Below are positions 10,601 to 23,365 of a stretch of DNA of 64,000 bases, piece by piece. How positions within the stretch are numbered: the stretch's first letter is position 1; every line of letters starts with the position of its first letter. A program made the translations under genes and the position numbers. Source of the DNA: Guillardia theta CCMP2712 (Eukaryota > Protista > Cryptophyta); contig NW_005434622.1 of assembly GCF_000315625.1 (NCBI RefSeq), forward strand, positions 343,242 through 407,241. Reading direction: 5' to 3'. The notes beneath the pieces are model-generated. The model did no database searches and was not told the DNA's origin. It was given only the letters and a program-made list of their open reading frames with translations.

Positions 10601-13600
10601 CCCCGTCCACCTCCGCAACATCATGAGCGCCAAGTTTCCGATGCTGCAGCTGTGGAGGGAGGGGCTGACGGAGCTGACGGTGTGCGAAGCCATCTACGGC
10701 ATGGAGGCCGTGGACGGCAAGATCAACGAAGCCAAGAGCCTCATCGATGAGGTGGAGGCTGGACGTGTCGGGTCAGAGCGCGAGGCTCAGGCCATCGAGC
10801 TCCTCCAAGGCGCCATAGCTGATGGGGTGATAGTGAAGGAGAAGGTGCTGGCCAGCATGCTGGACAAGGGGATCGGAGGGCAGGAGCTGAAGTTGCGGCG
10901 GTTCCCCCGCCATGTCCAGAACCTGATCGTAGCGGAAGAGCCTCTGCTCGTGTTGTGGGAAAAGGGCTTGATCGACCCCCAGATCTGCCTGTGGCTGGAC
11001 AGGATGAGCGAAGTCCTGAAGGTGTACAGGAAGTCACGGGAGATGGAGGTGGAGCTGGAGGGGGTCGGGGAGAGCGAGGGCAAAGTGCTCCTGCGTCGTA
11101 TTGATGAGCTGCAACACAAGGCAGACGAGCAGGTCAACAAGCTGAGGGAGGAGTTGGCACGTGGGGTGAGGCAGGGGTTGCTGAAGAGTCGCCTCCCTCC
11201 CCACCTGCTCGTCCTGCTCAAGGACCACCGCCCTGGAGCGCTCCTGTTCCGAGAGGGGAAGCTCGACCCGACCATGGCCATCTACGAGAGGCACGTGAAG
11301 AAGCTGATGAAGGAGCGGAGGCTGACGGCGGAGCAGCGGTGGCGGGCGAGGAGGATGATGGATCAGCAGAACAGGCTGAATGCAATCAAGGACGCGGACG
11401 AGCGGGACGCGCGCGCGCTGGAGGAGCTGCTCCGCATCCGCGCCAGGATCTACATGGGGCAGATGCAGGCGAGCGAACTTTCGCACACGATGCGCGCGGC
11501 GATCGGGAGGGTGGAGGAGGAGATGGTGGACGGAACCATCTCCGAGGAGATGTTTGACGTCGCTCTGGGCGGCCTCGGCATCTCGCGGGAGCTGATAAAC
11601 CGTCTGAGGAAGAGCACGCTGCGGCACAAGCAGAGGATCGTCCGAAGGGCGGAGGTGGAGTGGGAGGAGTCGCTGGGGCTGCCGGCGGCGCTGCTTCCTG
11701 CCCCTGCTGTTGGGTTGCCGTACCTGGGAGTGGACAGCTCGCCGATGAGGAGGCAGGAGAAGGAGGACACGCTGCTGAGCGAGAGCTTCAAGGGGGAGAT
11801 CGGGATGGAGCTTTCGCTCCCTGCCACAGTGAAATGGATCGAGTTCCTGGAGGGAAATGAAGTCCCTGAAGGCTTCACGCAGTTCCCAGTGCTGGACGAC
11901 GTCCATCCAAAGTGAGGGAGGAGGAGACGGGGGGAGGAGACGGAGGAAGGGAGGCGAGGGAGGGAGGGAGGATGATGAAGTGAAGGGGGAGAAGCTGGGA
12001 GGAAGTGGTTGCTTCTGCTATGTTGGTGTTCGGAGAGCAGCTCTGACGAGCAGCTGCATGGTGGCAGGGGTTCCGCGGGAGATGAGACGGTCCTGGAGGA
12101 GTTCACCGACGACGAAGGGCCCTCGGACGCTGGGATGACGGAGACAGATGTTCATGTGGGTTCTGCTCTTGCTGCCAGAGGGCGACAGGTGACGATCATG
12201 GCAGGATCTGGACGAGGGGCCGTACAAGATGTGATGATGAAGTGTGCCTGTGTTGCTGTCTTCACTGACTTGCGGGGGGCCTGGTGTAGACGACAGAAGG
12301 TGTACGACTCGGACGACGACGACCTGCCGGACAGGCTCCCGAAGAGAGAAAAGAAGAAGAGCAACGCCAAAGGGTAAAGCAGCGATCATCTGCACCTTGA
12401 ACGAGAAGCAGCGAGCTTTCTGAACCTTCTTTCTTGTCTCTTTGAACCTTGATAGAGTAATGGTGGACGAAGAGTACGTACCACCTCCCCCCCCCCCCTG
12501 CTGACTTCCTGTCTGCGCAACTTGTCAAAGACAAGCTCTGCAGACGGGCTTGTCGCTGCTTTGCCTCGATGCTTGTGTCTCCTCCTGCTGCGCGCAGTTG
12601 CTTTCATTTCGTCCTCTTGACTTTGGTGAACTTTGAAGGAGACTGCAAGGGAAAGCTAGGTTGGGGATCCCCATCGAGACGAGGCGGCTGATCACGGAGC
12701 GGGTGATAGAAGGAAAAATCAGCCTCAAGATCGACATCAGCGGGCTGGATCTGCCCTACATACCCAAACAGGTCAGGGAGCAGGGAGGGTGTGACGTAGG
12801 AGGGAGAGTGACGCGGCCTGCCAGGTGCTGGACTGCCTGCATGTGGAGCATCTGATAGCAGACCGAAATCTGCTGGACGAGATCGACCCCCTGATGGGCA
12901 GGATGCAGCGGCTCAAGTCACTGAGCCTGTCCTCCAACAGGATCGAGTCCCCCATCCCCGTCAGCCTGTGGGAGCTCAACGTGCTCAAGACCCTCCAGCT
13001 TGACCACAACCAGCTCGACGACATCCCACCTGAGATCGAGCAGCTGTCGAGCCTGACCAAGTTGAGGGTGGACTGCAACAACCTGGAGGCTCTCCCTGAG
13101 ACGCTGGGGCAGCGGACTACCCTCAAGTACCTGTCTGTGGATCAGAACAACCTGTCGGACATCCCGGCCTCCTTCAAGTCGGCCCAGTCCCTGGCCACAT
13201 TCACCTTGTCCAGGAACGCGTTCTCCTTCGTCCCTGAGTGCATCTTCAGCCTTGCCAACCTCAAGGTCCTCCACTTCCACCACAACCGCATCCCCGAGGT
13301 CCCGCAGCTGATCGAGAGGCTGAAGAAGCTGACGGACATCAACTTCGGGGCCAACCTCCTCACTGAGATCCCTCCGGCACTCAGCCGGCTCGTCAGCCTG
13401 GAGAAGGTTGACTTCTCCAAGAACGAGATCAAGAAGCTGCAGCCGGGGGTCAGGAAGCTGACGAGACTCAAGACTCTCTCCCTCTCCCACAACCTCTTCC
13501 TCGAGCTCCCCGAGGAGCTCTCCTCCTGCGTCCTCCTCCAGAAGCTCTCCATCAACGCCAACAGGATCCAGTTTCTCCCTGTCGACATCACGAGGCTCGC

Positions 13601-16600
13601 CCAGCTTCAGATCCTTGACCTTCGCGACAACGTCTTCACCGCGCTGGCGCCGCAGCTAGGGAGGCTGAGCAGCATCGTCGAGCTCCGCGTGGAGGGCAAC
13701 GACGTCAAGACTCCTCCTGCCTACATCTGCGACTTAGGGACGAAGGCGATGCTGAGGTACCTGGACAGGGTAGACGCGGCGATCTTGACGGGGAGCCTGG
13801 ACCTGACGAACCTCTCGGTTCCTCCTGACCGCGTCCTGGTTCAGAAGGGATACACCAAGGGCAGGAAGACGGTCAAGGACAAGTTCAAGGTCGTGCCAGA
13901 GGTTCCTGTCTTCCTCAGGACGTTCGAGTTCCCCCATGGAGACTGGACGGGGATGGGGGAGATGAGGAGGGAGAGCCTGAGAGCTCTGAACCTTGCCAAC
14001 AACGGGATCAAGTCACTGCTCGGCTTCGAGCTCTCGGGTGACGCCAGTCAGTGCCTCGTTCCCCATGCTCTCCACCTCGGTCGCGTCCCCGACTGGGCAT
14101 GGCAGCTTGACCCGCTCTCGCAGCTGCAAGAGCTGCGGCTGGAGGGCAACCGGCTGACTTGTCTGCCACCCGAAGTTCACTTCCTAACCTCCCTCACCTA
14201 CCTCGACCTCTCCAACAACGCCATCGAGGAGCTGGACGGGGAGTCGCTGGGGAGGCTCACCAACCTGACGCACCTTAGCCTGAGGAACAACCCCAAGGTC
14301 AGGAGGATCCCGGACGAAGTCGGACTGTTCTCGAAGCTCTCCTTTCTCGACGTCATGAACTGCGTCCTCTGGTCTCCCCCTCCTGCCATCGTCCAACGAG
14401 GCTGCCGGCCCATCGTGGAGTACCTTGGGAAGCTCTACCATGCTAGGAGGGAGTTCGTGCTGGATGTGCGCGGCAGCAACTTGCTGTCCGTGCCTCTCGA
14501 CATCTCGGAGAAGGGCATGATCACAGATCTTTGCCTGTCCTCCAACCATCTCACTGTCCTCCCCCCGGCCATGAGCAACATGACAGGGCTGACGAGGTTG
14601 CGGGTCGACCACAACTACCTCGGCCTGCTCCCCGACTCCCTCACCTCCCTCACCTCCCTGACGGAGCTGGGGGCCAATTTCAACCTCCTGCGACATGTCC
14701 TCCAGACTCCCGACAAGATCCTCTCCTTCCCGAAGCTGCGCGTCTGCGAGCTCTGCAACAACCTGATCCGAAGCATCCCGGTCGCCCTGTGCAGACTGTT
14801 GGACATGGAGAGGCTGGACTTGAGCTCGAACTCTCTGACGACGGTGCCGTTGGAGCTCTGCAGGCTGACGAATCTGCGGCGTCTGAACCTGAAGAAGAAC
14901 ATCCTGCGGTCCCCGCTCTTCGACCTCACCCTTACAGACGATATTGGAGTTCTCCTTGAGTTCCTGCGCACCTGCCTGAACGCTAGGGGGGAGGAGGAGG
15001 AGGGGCTGGTCGGCACTCGATGGCTGGATCTCTCCCACCGACCGTATAAGCTGCTGCCCAAGGAGGTTCTGAGCATAACAGCGCTGACGGCGCTCAAGCT
15101 GAAAGGGATGGGGATGGAGATGCTGAGCGAAGGCGTCTCGGCACTGCGGGAGCTGGTGCTGGTTGACCTGAGCAGCAACTTCCTGCTGGGCCTCCCGGAC
15201 TCGTTCGCTGCTCTGACTCGCCTGCGGCAGCTCGACCTCTCGCACAACTTCTTCAAGCGGATGCCCTACAGCCTCGGGTCCCTCTCCCTCCTCCAGTCCC
15301 TCCACATGCGGAACAACCAGCTCACTGTCATCTTTCCGGACGTGCGAGACTTGACGGCCCTGGCGGAGCTTGACTTGAGCTGCAACTGTCTGCGGCAGAT
15401 CAGCGGGCTGGTCACTTGCTTGACCAATCTCGAGACTCTGGACCTCTCGAACAACCTCATCAACTTCGTCCCTCCCTCCATGTGCTCCCTGACCAACGTC
15501 AGGAGGCTCTCCCTGCGCAACAACTACATCACCGAGCTTCCTTGCGAGCTCCATGAGCTGGCGCGAGGGAGGATCGTGACGCTCGACGTAGAGGACAACG
15601 GGCTCCGCAGCCCTCCCCCGGAGATTCAACGGCAGGGCCTCTTCTCCATGCTCGAGTACCTCTTCAGGCTCCACCAGGCGCAGCAGACTGCAGTGCTAGA
15701 CCTCAGCGACCTCAACATCACCTACGTCTCGGCTGACGTCATGCAGTTTGCGGGCACGGGGACCCTGCGGAACGGGCTCAAGTCGCTGCTGCTGGATGGG
15801 AACAGCATCGCCTCCCTCCCGACCTACCTGAGGGGCCTGACCAGCCTCACCCACCTCAGCCTTCAGGGCTGCAACATCTCTCGCCTGCCCTACTGGCTCG
15901 GGGATCTCCAGCTCCTCCTGCGCCTCGACCTTGCGGGCAACGACATCGTCTCCCCTCCCCCCGAGATCCTCAGCCGAGGGGTCAGCGCCATCGTGCGGTA
16001 CATGCGGGAGATGGACAGCGCGTGGTGGACGCGGGAGCTGGACATCAGCGGTCAGAGGTTCAGCGCCGTCCCCCTTGAAGTCTGCGAGATCGACTCGCTG
16101 ACCTCCCTCTCTCTCCACTCACAGAGCTTCAGCTTCATCCCTGAGGAGATCGGCAGGCTTACGTCCTTGACCTTCCTCAACCTGCAGCACTGCTCCCTCG
16201 TCGAGCTCCCCGCGGGTGTCGGGCTGCTCCTCAACCTGAAGCAGCTCATCCTCAACAACAACAGGCTCCTCCTCCTCCCCCAGGAGATCGGCAGCTGCAC
16301 CAGCCTGACGCACCTCCGGCTGCACGAGAACCTCCTCGAGGAAGTTCCCAAGGCCATCGGGCGCCTGACGCTGATGCAAGACCTCCGGCTCTTCAACAAC
16401 AACATCCTCCAGCTCCCCGTCGAGCTGGGCTTCATGAAGTACCTCCCCTCCTTCCGCATCTCCTCCAACCAGCTCGCCTCTCTGCCCATCGGCATCGGAG
16501 GCCTCGAGTCGCTGACCGACCTTCTCCTCTCTGACAACTTCCTGGAGTTCCTCCCTCCGCAGATCGGACTCCTCACCAGCATTACCCGCCTCCGCGCCTC

Positions 16601-17780
16601 CTCCAACCGCCTGCAGGAGCTGCCAGCAGAGCTCGGGAACCTGAGCAGCATGACGGAGCTCGGGGTCTCCAACAACCAGCTCACCCAGCTGCCTCCTATC
16701 GGGCATCTCACCGCCCTCCGAACCCTCGTCGTCGCCAACAACCCGCTCCTGTTCCCTCCCGACGCCGTCGTGAGGAAGGGAACGCTGGCCGTCATCAACT
16801 ACCTCAAGGTCTTTCACGACGCCGGAGGGGCCCCGATGGAGCTGGTGGAGAGGGGGGAAGAGAGCGTCTCGTCCTTCCACGCGCTAGTGGAGGAGGGAGT
16901 GGCGACCGGGAGCCTCTCGCTGCGCGCGAAGCTCCTGCTCGAGGTGCCCGACATGCTCGCGGAGCACCTGCCAAGGATGGAGCACGTGAACCTGGAGAGC
17001 AACAGGATCTCCGAGCTGCCGCCCCAGCTGCTGGCCAGCATGACCAACCTGCGCACCCTCAACGTCTCCTACAACCAGATCGGCCGCATCAGCGACAACG
17101 TCTCCCTCCTCACCCGCCTGGAGCTCCTGGACGCGAGGTACAACATGCTGACATCCTTCCCGCCCTCCCTCGCGCACCTCAGCCTCCTCAAGCTCTTCCT
17201 GAACAGCAACGAGCTCCGCAGCCTCCCGGCCTGCATCAGCTCCCTCCACTCCCTCCTCCTCTTCTCCGCAGCCAACAACACCATCAGGGACATCGCCGGC
17301 TCAGCCTTCCGCGGGCTGACGAGGCTGGAGGAGCTGTACCTGCAGCAGAACGATCTGCGCGAGCTGCCCGACATGTTCCATGACCTGGTGGCCCTTAGGG
17401 TACTGGACGTCAGCTTCAACCATCTCTTCTCCCTCCCCGCCAGCATCGCCAAGGCTTCCCGCCTCTCCTACCTCTCCCTCGCTTACAACGACCTCGAGAC
17501 CTCCTCCCTCGTCTTCGACGTCCTGGACAAGCTGGAGCACGTGAACCTGACCTCCAACAGGCTCTTGGGCATACCGCACACGTTTGTCCACCTGAAGCTG
17601 CTCTCCTCCCTCCTCCTTGACGGGAACTTGTTCGAGCTGGACGCGGCGAGCAGGTCCCTGAAGACGTGGGAGACGACGCAGAGGTGGCTGAAGATGAACC
17701 ATGCGGTGTGGGCTAAGGCGAACGCTGAGCAGCAGACAAGCTTCCTGCTGAGGAGGGAGAGGAGGGAGAAGAGGAACTGA
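7604..17780 (+). CDS. Giant protein: low-complexity/coiled-coil N-half with a novel ~97-aa repeat, and a C-terminal array of leucine-rich repeats in seven capped cassettes
   Basis: Splice sites link MANPR(S) (7604) to ORFs 7759, 8415, 9627 (762 aa), 12009, 12661 and 12825 (1651 aa). The apparent stop at 11915 lies inside a GTGAGG donor. The last exon is dense LxxLxLxxNxLxxLP repeats. Confidence 0.7.
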
Positions 17781-17960
17781 AGAGAGGAAGGAGGAGAGAA
17801 AGGGTGAGGATGAAAGGAAACAGATGGGTGAAGGAGCAAGGAAGGAAGGAGCGGAGAATGGTCGGGGGGTTGTTTTTAGGCGAGTCGTAGCGTGTATTTT
17901 AGTCTGGAAGTTTTCTCATTACATCAGAAATGTCTGTTGGCTTCGCCATGAGCAGCAGCT

Positions 17961-18026
17961 GCTCCTCCTCCTCCTCCTCCTCCTCCTCCTCCTCCTCCTC
18001 CTCCTCCTCCTCCTCCTCCTCCTCCC
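17961..18026. repeat. (CCT)n microsatellite between convergent gene ends
   Basis: Long perfect CTC/CCT run. Confidence 0.95.
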
Positions 18027-18028
18027 CT

Positions 18029-21000
18029 TCACTTCTTCTTCTTCGCCTCCTTCTCTGCCCACCCGATGGACGTGATCTTGGAAGCGACGCCTGAAGGAGA
18101 GTGAGCACGAAAAGGCAGAGAGAGAGGAGCGACAAGAAGGAGAGGGAAGGCACCGGAGCACGAGGAGAGAAAGTGGCAGTGCGAAGTGAGGAGGGGGAGG
18201 CGAGAAAGGACAAAGCAAAGTGGGAAGGAAAGATGGGAAGGGGCAGGCAAGGGAGCAAGAAGGATGCAGGAGGAGGAAGGGAGAGGAAGTTCCAGGCACC
18301 TCCGACGTGCATGCGGTTCAGCTCTGGGGCGTCTGCTCGCTCGTTGCGACTGTAAGGCGAGTCAGCTAACGTTCGAGAGCAAGAGAAGGGGAAGAACGGG
18401 ATGGAGGAGAGGGAGGGAGGAGAAGAGTAGAGAGGGAGGGTGGGAGATTGAGATGGGGAGATGCACGGGTAGACGAAGAGAGAGAGAGGGAGAGGGAACA
18501 GGGAGGGGGAGGGAGGGAGGGAGGGAGGGAAGGAGGGAGGGAGGGAGGGAAAGGCAGGCAGGCAGGCTCACCCAGCTTTGTCGCCCCTCTTGTGTTCGAT
18601 ACCGACCTGCAACGTGTCATTCCCAGCTACTGCAGCAGAGAAAAAGGAGTAGAACCTTGATGAGACGATCGCGCAATTCACGATTCCTCTCCTTGGAGCT
18701 CTCAAGCCTCTCCTCCACATCGATCTTGCTCTCGGGCGCCTGATTGGATGCTCACGATCCCATCGAGCTCTTCTCTTCCTCCTTCCCCCTCCTCTGTTCT
18801 GCTCTGCTCTGCTCTGCTGCTCTGCTCTAGGCCAACGCCGCCAACTCACCATAGTGAAGTCAAAGAGCATGGGACGAGGAACAGAAGCGCCGTAGCTGAC
18901 AGGCGTCAGCCCTGAGAAAAGGAGGAGGAGGAGGGGAGCACCGGAAGCCGTATTCTCCCTTCGCCGCCTTCTCTCCCTTCGCGTTGATGTTGGCTGGCAT
19001 CTTTTCCCACTCCCTGCTCCTCAGTCAGCTTCCCTCTACTCGTACCTCCCCCTCCTTCCAACTCCCAATCTCCCCTCACCATCCCATCTTTGTCCTCCCC
19101 CTCCTTCCCTTTTCCTTGCTCTCCCCTTCTCTCTCCTCCCTCCTCCCTCCTCCCTCCTCCCTCCTCCTTCCCCTCTCACCTGTTCGCCTTGGGGATGTGA
19201 GGCATAACGTGCGGCTCGTCGTCCTCGTCCTGCTGGTCTGCCGTGTGCTTGTAGCTGGGCGACTCGTCAGCTCCACCCGACCCCGCGCGAGAGAGGAGCG
19301 TCACCCTTCTGCCTTCTTGTAGACCAGGCGCGACCACTTGGCTCTCACCTTCAAGTTCAAGTCAACTCTATCTCGGACCCTCCTCCTCCTCTTCCTCCTC
19401 CTCCTTGATCTTCCACTTCCTCTTCCTCTTCCTCTTCCTCTTCCTCTTCCTCTTCCTCTTCCTTCTTCTTCTCCTCCTCCCCTCTCCCTCTTACTCCCCT
19501 CCTCTTAGCAATCCTCCCAACCTTCCTTCCTGATCCTTGAATCCTCCTCCTCCTCCTCACCTTCTGCGCTAGTCTGCACGCTTCGCAAGACATGTCATCC
19601 TTAAACGCGTTGGTGATGAAGCGGACGGAGCGCGCGATCTCACTGTCAAGCAGCTGTTGACAGCACTTCAGAGCAGGAACATAACCTCCCGAGCTCACAA
19701 ATTGCATGTTGTCAGTAGTGAACATCTTGCCGTCCGTTCCTGTCCTGCCAGACTCCAGCGGGAGCTTCAACAACAGCTGGCAGACCTGGACCAGGAGCAG
19801 TCAGCCCAGCACCTCCAGCACCTCCAGCTGCCACCTCAGCCAGCAGCTTCTTGTTCGGCAAGCTGGAAGCGCGGTCCTTGAAGGAGCCGTCCTTGAGCGG
19901 GTCCAGCCACAGCTTCATGCTCTTGAGGATCTGAGAACGCAGAGTCAAGCGAAGGTCAAGCAGGTGCAGAGGTCTTACGCCGAGCTCGATGTACATCTGC
20001 TGCTTGCGGCTCTTGGAGATTTCCTCCACGAGCTTGGGAAGCAACTCCATCTTCTTCATTGCCGTCTGCCTCCTCTTGTACGCTTCCTGCATTCACGGCG
20101 ATCGTCAGATGCCAACATGCCACCGTAGTCCCACAATCGCACCATGTCATCGAGCGCAGCGTTCTTGAGGTCGTTGATGAACTTCTTCATCTGCTCCTTC
20201 TCCTTCTCCATCAGCTCCTTCTGGTCGCGTTTGCCAAGACGCTTGCCCTTCAACTTTGAGCTCGTGACTGCCTCGCCCGTCTCGGTATCGACGACGTCCC
20301 CTCTGTTGATCGCGTCCTCCTCGTCATCATCGCTGTCCTGGTAAGTGGGGGGCTCGTCTGGAGCATTGTCGCCACTGTCCTCGTCCGACTTGTCCCTCCT
20401 GGTCCTCTTGTGCTTTCCTTGGCCAGAGCTCTTGTGCGATTTGCGTTTCGTTCCCTCCCCGTCATCGCCGGAATCAGAATGGTCGCTGTGGAGGAGAGCA
20501 GCGTGAGTGCTGGGATGACAGAGAGATGCGAGAGTACCTGTCAGAGCTCTTCCTCTTTGACTTCTTCGTTGGCTTCTTCTGTTACAACACATTACAACGA
20601 AAAGCAAATCCAACTCCGCCCCCACCCTCGATTCAAAGTCGTCGTCATCGTCATCGTCGTCGTCGTTCTCTCCAAACACTTGTGCCTCATCTAGTTTCTC
20701 GTCTTCATTATCCTTGTCCTCTTCCTTGTCGCTTTCCTCCACGTCCTTCTTCTCAGCCCTGTCCTGCTCTTCCTGGTCACTGCCGTCGCTCTGCCTCGAT
20801 CGTGTTTCTTCCTGTGGCTAGTTGGTCAGTGTTCAGTCAAGCCATCAAATCCTAAGTATGCTGTTTCCCATCAACTCATTCACACTGGTAGAAAGAAGCT
20901 TTCTCCTCCGAGCCAGCACAACATTTGCCCGCGTTTCATCTCCAAGAAACCCACGCACGTGTCCGTGCAACAGCCAAGACTGAACAAAGTGCTCTCCCAC

Positions 21001-21140
21001 ATGTCACTGCGTGCCTTGCCCATAAAGATCTCCCTCCTCTCACTTCTTCCCTTGCTCTCTCTCGCTCTCGCTCTCGCTCTCTCCCTTGCTCCCTCCCCCC
21101 ATCCTCTCCCATCCTTTACCTGATCGCTCCCGTCCGACAT
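18029..21140 (-). CDS. IWS1: Transcription elongation factor IWS1/SPN1 homolog
   Basis: Acidic N-terminus (exon 1 MSDGSDQ|gtaaag), then AMKKMELLPKLVEEISKSRKQQMYIELG / ILKSMKLWLDPLKDG...SLPN, matching the IWS1 TFIIS-N-like core (plant KLKKLPLL..LSK...FLDHGVL.LLK.WLEPLPDGSLPN). Last exon ends WAEKEAKKKK*. Confidence 0.8.
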
Positions 21141-21145
21141 GCTTC

Positions 21146-21720
21146 GCCGGCCGAGGTACGGGTTGGTTTACGCAAGTATATCAGCCGAGCCCCCCTCGCT
21201 TCATGATGACCACCGTGACTGGCATTGTTTTGCCTCACTGTCAGTAGTCCGGGCCGGGCGGCCCGGCCCCGGACTAGGCATGAGGCAAAACAGTCACCCC
21301 GGCCGACGGGCCCAGCCGCTCAGTCACGGGCCCGGCCCAGTGACGGCGCCCTGGCAGAGTCCGGGCCGCGGGGGGCGGGGGGCGGAATGATCGGATCATA
21401 CTCCGAGGCACAGTCACCGCCGGTGACGGGCGCCCGGGGCGGCGCCGGGCGCCCGTCACGGCCCAGTGCCACGGTCCCCGGGCAACCTGCCAGTGCGGTC
21501 CGGGTCCGGGCGCCCGGCGGCGGCGCGCAGCGCCCGGCCCGGTGCCCCCCGGCCCGGTGCCCCCCGGCCCGGGCCCGGCCGATCCGAGCTCCGGGCGGCC
21601 GATCGCCGAGCCGCTTCAGAGTCACAGGCTGGCCGGGCAGTCCGAGTCACTGGGGTCCGACTCCGACCGACACTACTACTGATTGGACTAGTCACGGTGA
21701 CTGCCGAAGTGTACTGCCGT
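21146..21720. other. GC-rich, palindrome-dense intergenic island
   Basis: GGGCCCGGCCC, CAGTCAC, GTGACGG, CCGAGTC words; includes a short tandem GCCCGGTGCCCCCCG x2. Confidence 0.75.
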
Positions 21721-21791
21721 CGTTACAATTACTATCAAAGCTCCGTATCTAGTCACAGGATCGGGTACATGATACCGTTCTGAACTTGCCG

Positions 21792-22836
21792 CTACTTCTT
21801 GGCTGACATCATCTTCAGGTACTCCGGTTCGACGCAGAGGTTGCGGCCTGTAGCACAAGACATGGAAGGTTGAAGTCAGTGCGGCAGTAGAAGCGGCGCC
21901 ATGCAGAGACTGCAGCATCACCAGACTCGCAGAACAGCCGTATCCTCTCAGTCCTCTTGTTGACTTCACCGCAGACGTGGAAGTCTACAAGATTCCCTTT
22001 CTTCTTCTCCTCCTCGTCACTGCAACGACAACGATCACATCCCCATGATCCCCTCCCCCCTCCTCGCTCCCTCCACCTGCTGCATGGATGCCCAACGATC
22101 CCGATCAACCTCACATAAAGGTCCACCGCTTCGTTGTCTCGCACTCTTGCCCAGTCCACGACCCTCATGGTGGACGCGGAGACTTCCTTGTTCAAGGGCA
22201 AGACGCGCTCCGAGCCGATCTTCATGCCTTGAACCATCGTCTCAACTGCACAGGTCCCTGTCACATTAGCACAAGGTGTACCAACACATCAGGGCAGCGA
22301 TTGAGACAAAAACAAAGGAGGGGGGGGACCGGGAAAAGCAAGCGCATACTCACGCTCTTTGCCCAGGTCACCCTTTCCCAGCTCGTATCGTTCAATCAGG
22401 CCAACCTTGCGGCTCACGTCTGTTCTTGTGCCCCGTTCAATGGCCTCAACCTTCAGTCGCACTGTATCTCCCGCCTTCGGCGTCATACCGATCCTTAAAT
22501 GCAGCTGAGGAAAAATTACAGAATGAAAGCGGCTACATACCCGTCCTTGAGCGATTCGAAACGGAATCCACTAGGATCCACAGCATACTGAGTTGCTGCG
22601 TCGGTCTGGCTGTTGGCCATAGCCTGCTTCGAGAAAGACATCTGTCCTCCCAGCGCTGACAGCGAAAGAAACATGACTTTCAGCCATGCTTCGCGTCTGG
22701 GAAACCTTCTTTCAGTTTGCTGCATGCGAAGCGCCGAGAGTGGGCGGAGGACAGAGCGAGGAGAGGAGACGGAGCATGGGACATCACAGCATGTCTGTTG
22801 GGAAAGACGGGGCAGCGCGGCGCCTACAAACGCCAT
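21792..22836 (-). CDS. FKBP-type peptidyl-prolyl isomerase-like protein, probably thylakoid lumen
   Basis: Transit-like MAFVGAALPRL..., twin-Arg RREAWLKVMFLSLSALGG...AMA; mature region GFRFESLKDGIGMTPKAGDTVRLKV...YELGKG...VQGMKIGSERVL...LYVRLIGI fits the FKBP pattern. Confidence 0.65.
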
Positions 22837-23097
22837 GGCACTTGGCGATGCTTCCGGTATGGGGTGCATGGTGAAGGCTCCTGGGGGGCAGAAACTTGCA
22901 AGGCCAAGTGATTCAGCTGATGCCTTCAATTATGTGATGAGGGGAGCTTGATTTACAGTACCAGTACCGAAAAATAGTTTTAAATGTGCTTTTGAAGCTA
23001 CGACGAGACTCTCAAAAAGGTTTTAGTATTCGTTAAAACGTTTTGAGGAGAAGGTTTAAAATTTGGTTGTATAAAGGCTCGATGCCGTCATCAGTTT

Positions 23098-23365
23098 TGG
23101 GGTGGGCATGGAGCTAATATCAGGGGTGGGTGGTTGAAATTCAGGGGTAGTCCGCAATTGGGGTATGTTTTATGCTGGTAGGGGTGTTAAAAGAATGAAA
23201 AGAACCCCTCCTTTACAAACAGAGATTCCCTTCTTTTTATGGGTAGGGAGGATAAAATTGAGGAATCCCGGTACGGGTCTTTGAAGTACAGTGGGGTAGG
23301 GCAGAAGATGGAGGGGTACAGGATACCACAAATGTGTGGTCAGACCTCGACATGGGCGGAGGGTT
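23098..23365 (-). repeat. Oriented GGGT/ACCC motif array between divergent FKBP and ARPC1
   Basis: GGGGTGGG, GGGGTGGGT, GGGGTAG, GGTAGGGGT, GGGTAGGG, GGTACGGGT, GGGGTAGGG on + strand. Confidence 0.65.

Noticed and set aside
12825-17780. Calling the LRR protein a Roco/LRRK kinase or NLR
   Set aside because: No P-loop, COR, kinase or NB-ARC motifs are visible.
11034-17839. Many long minus-strand ORFs over the LRR gene (e.g. 14184-15674)
   Set aside because: Shadow frames of a GC3-rich, Leu-rich coding strand.
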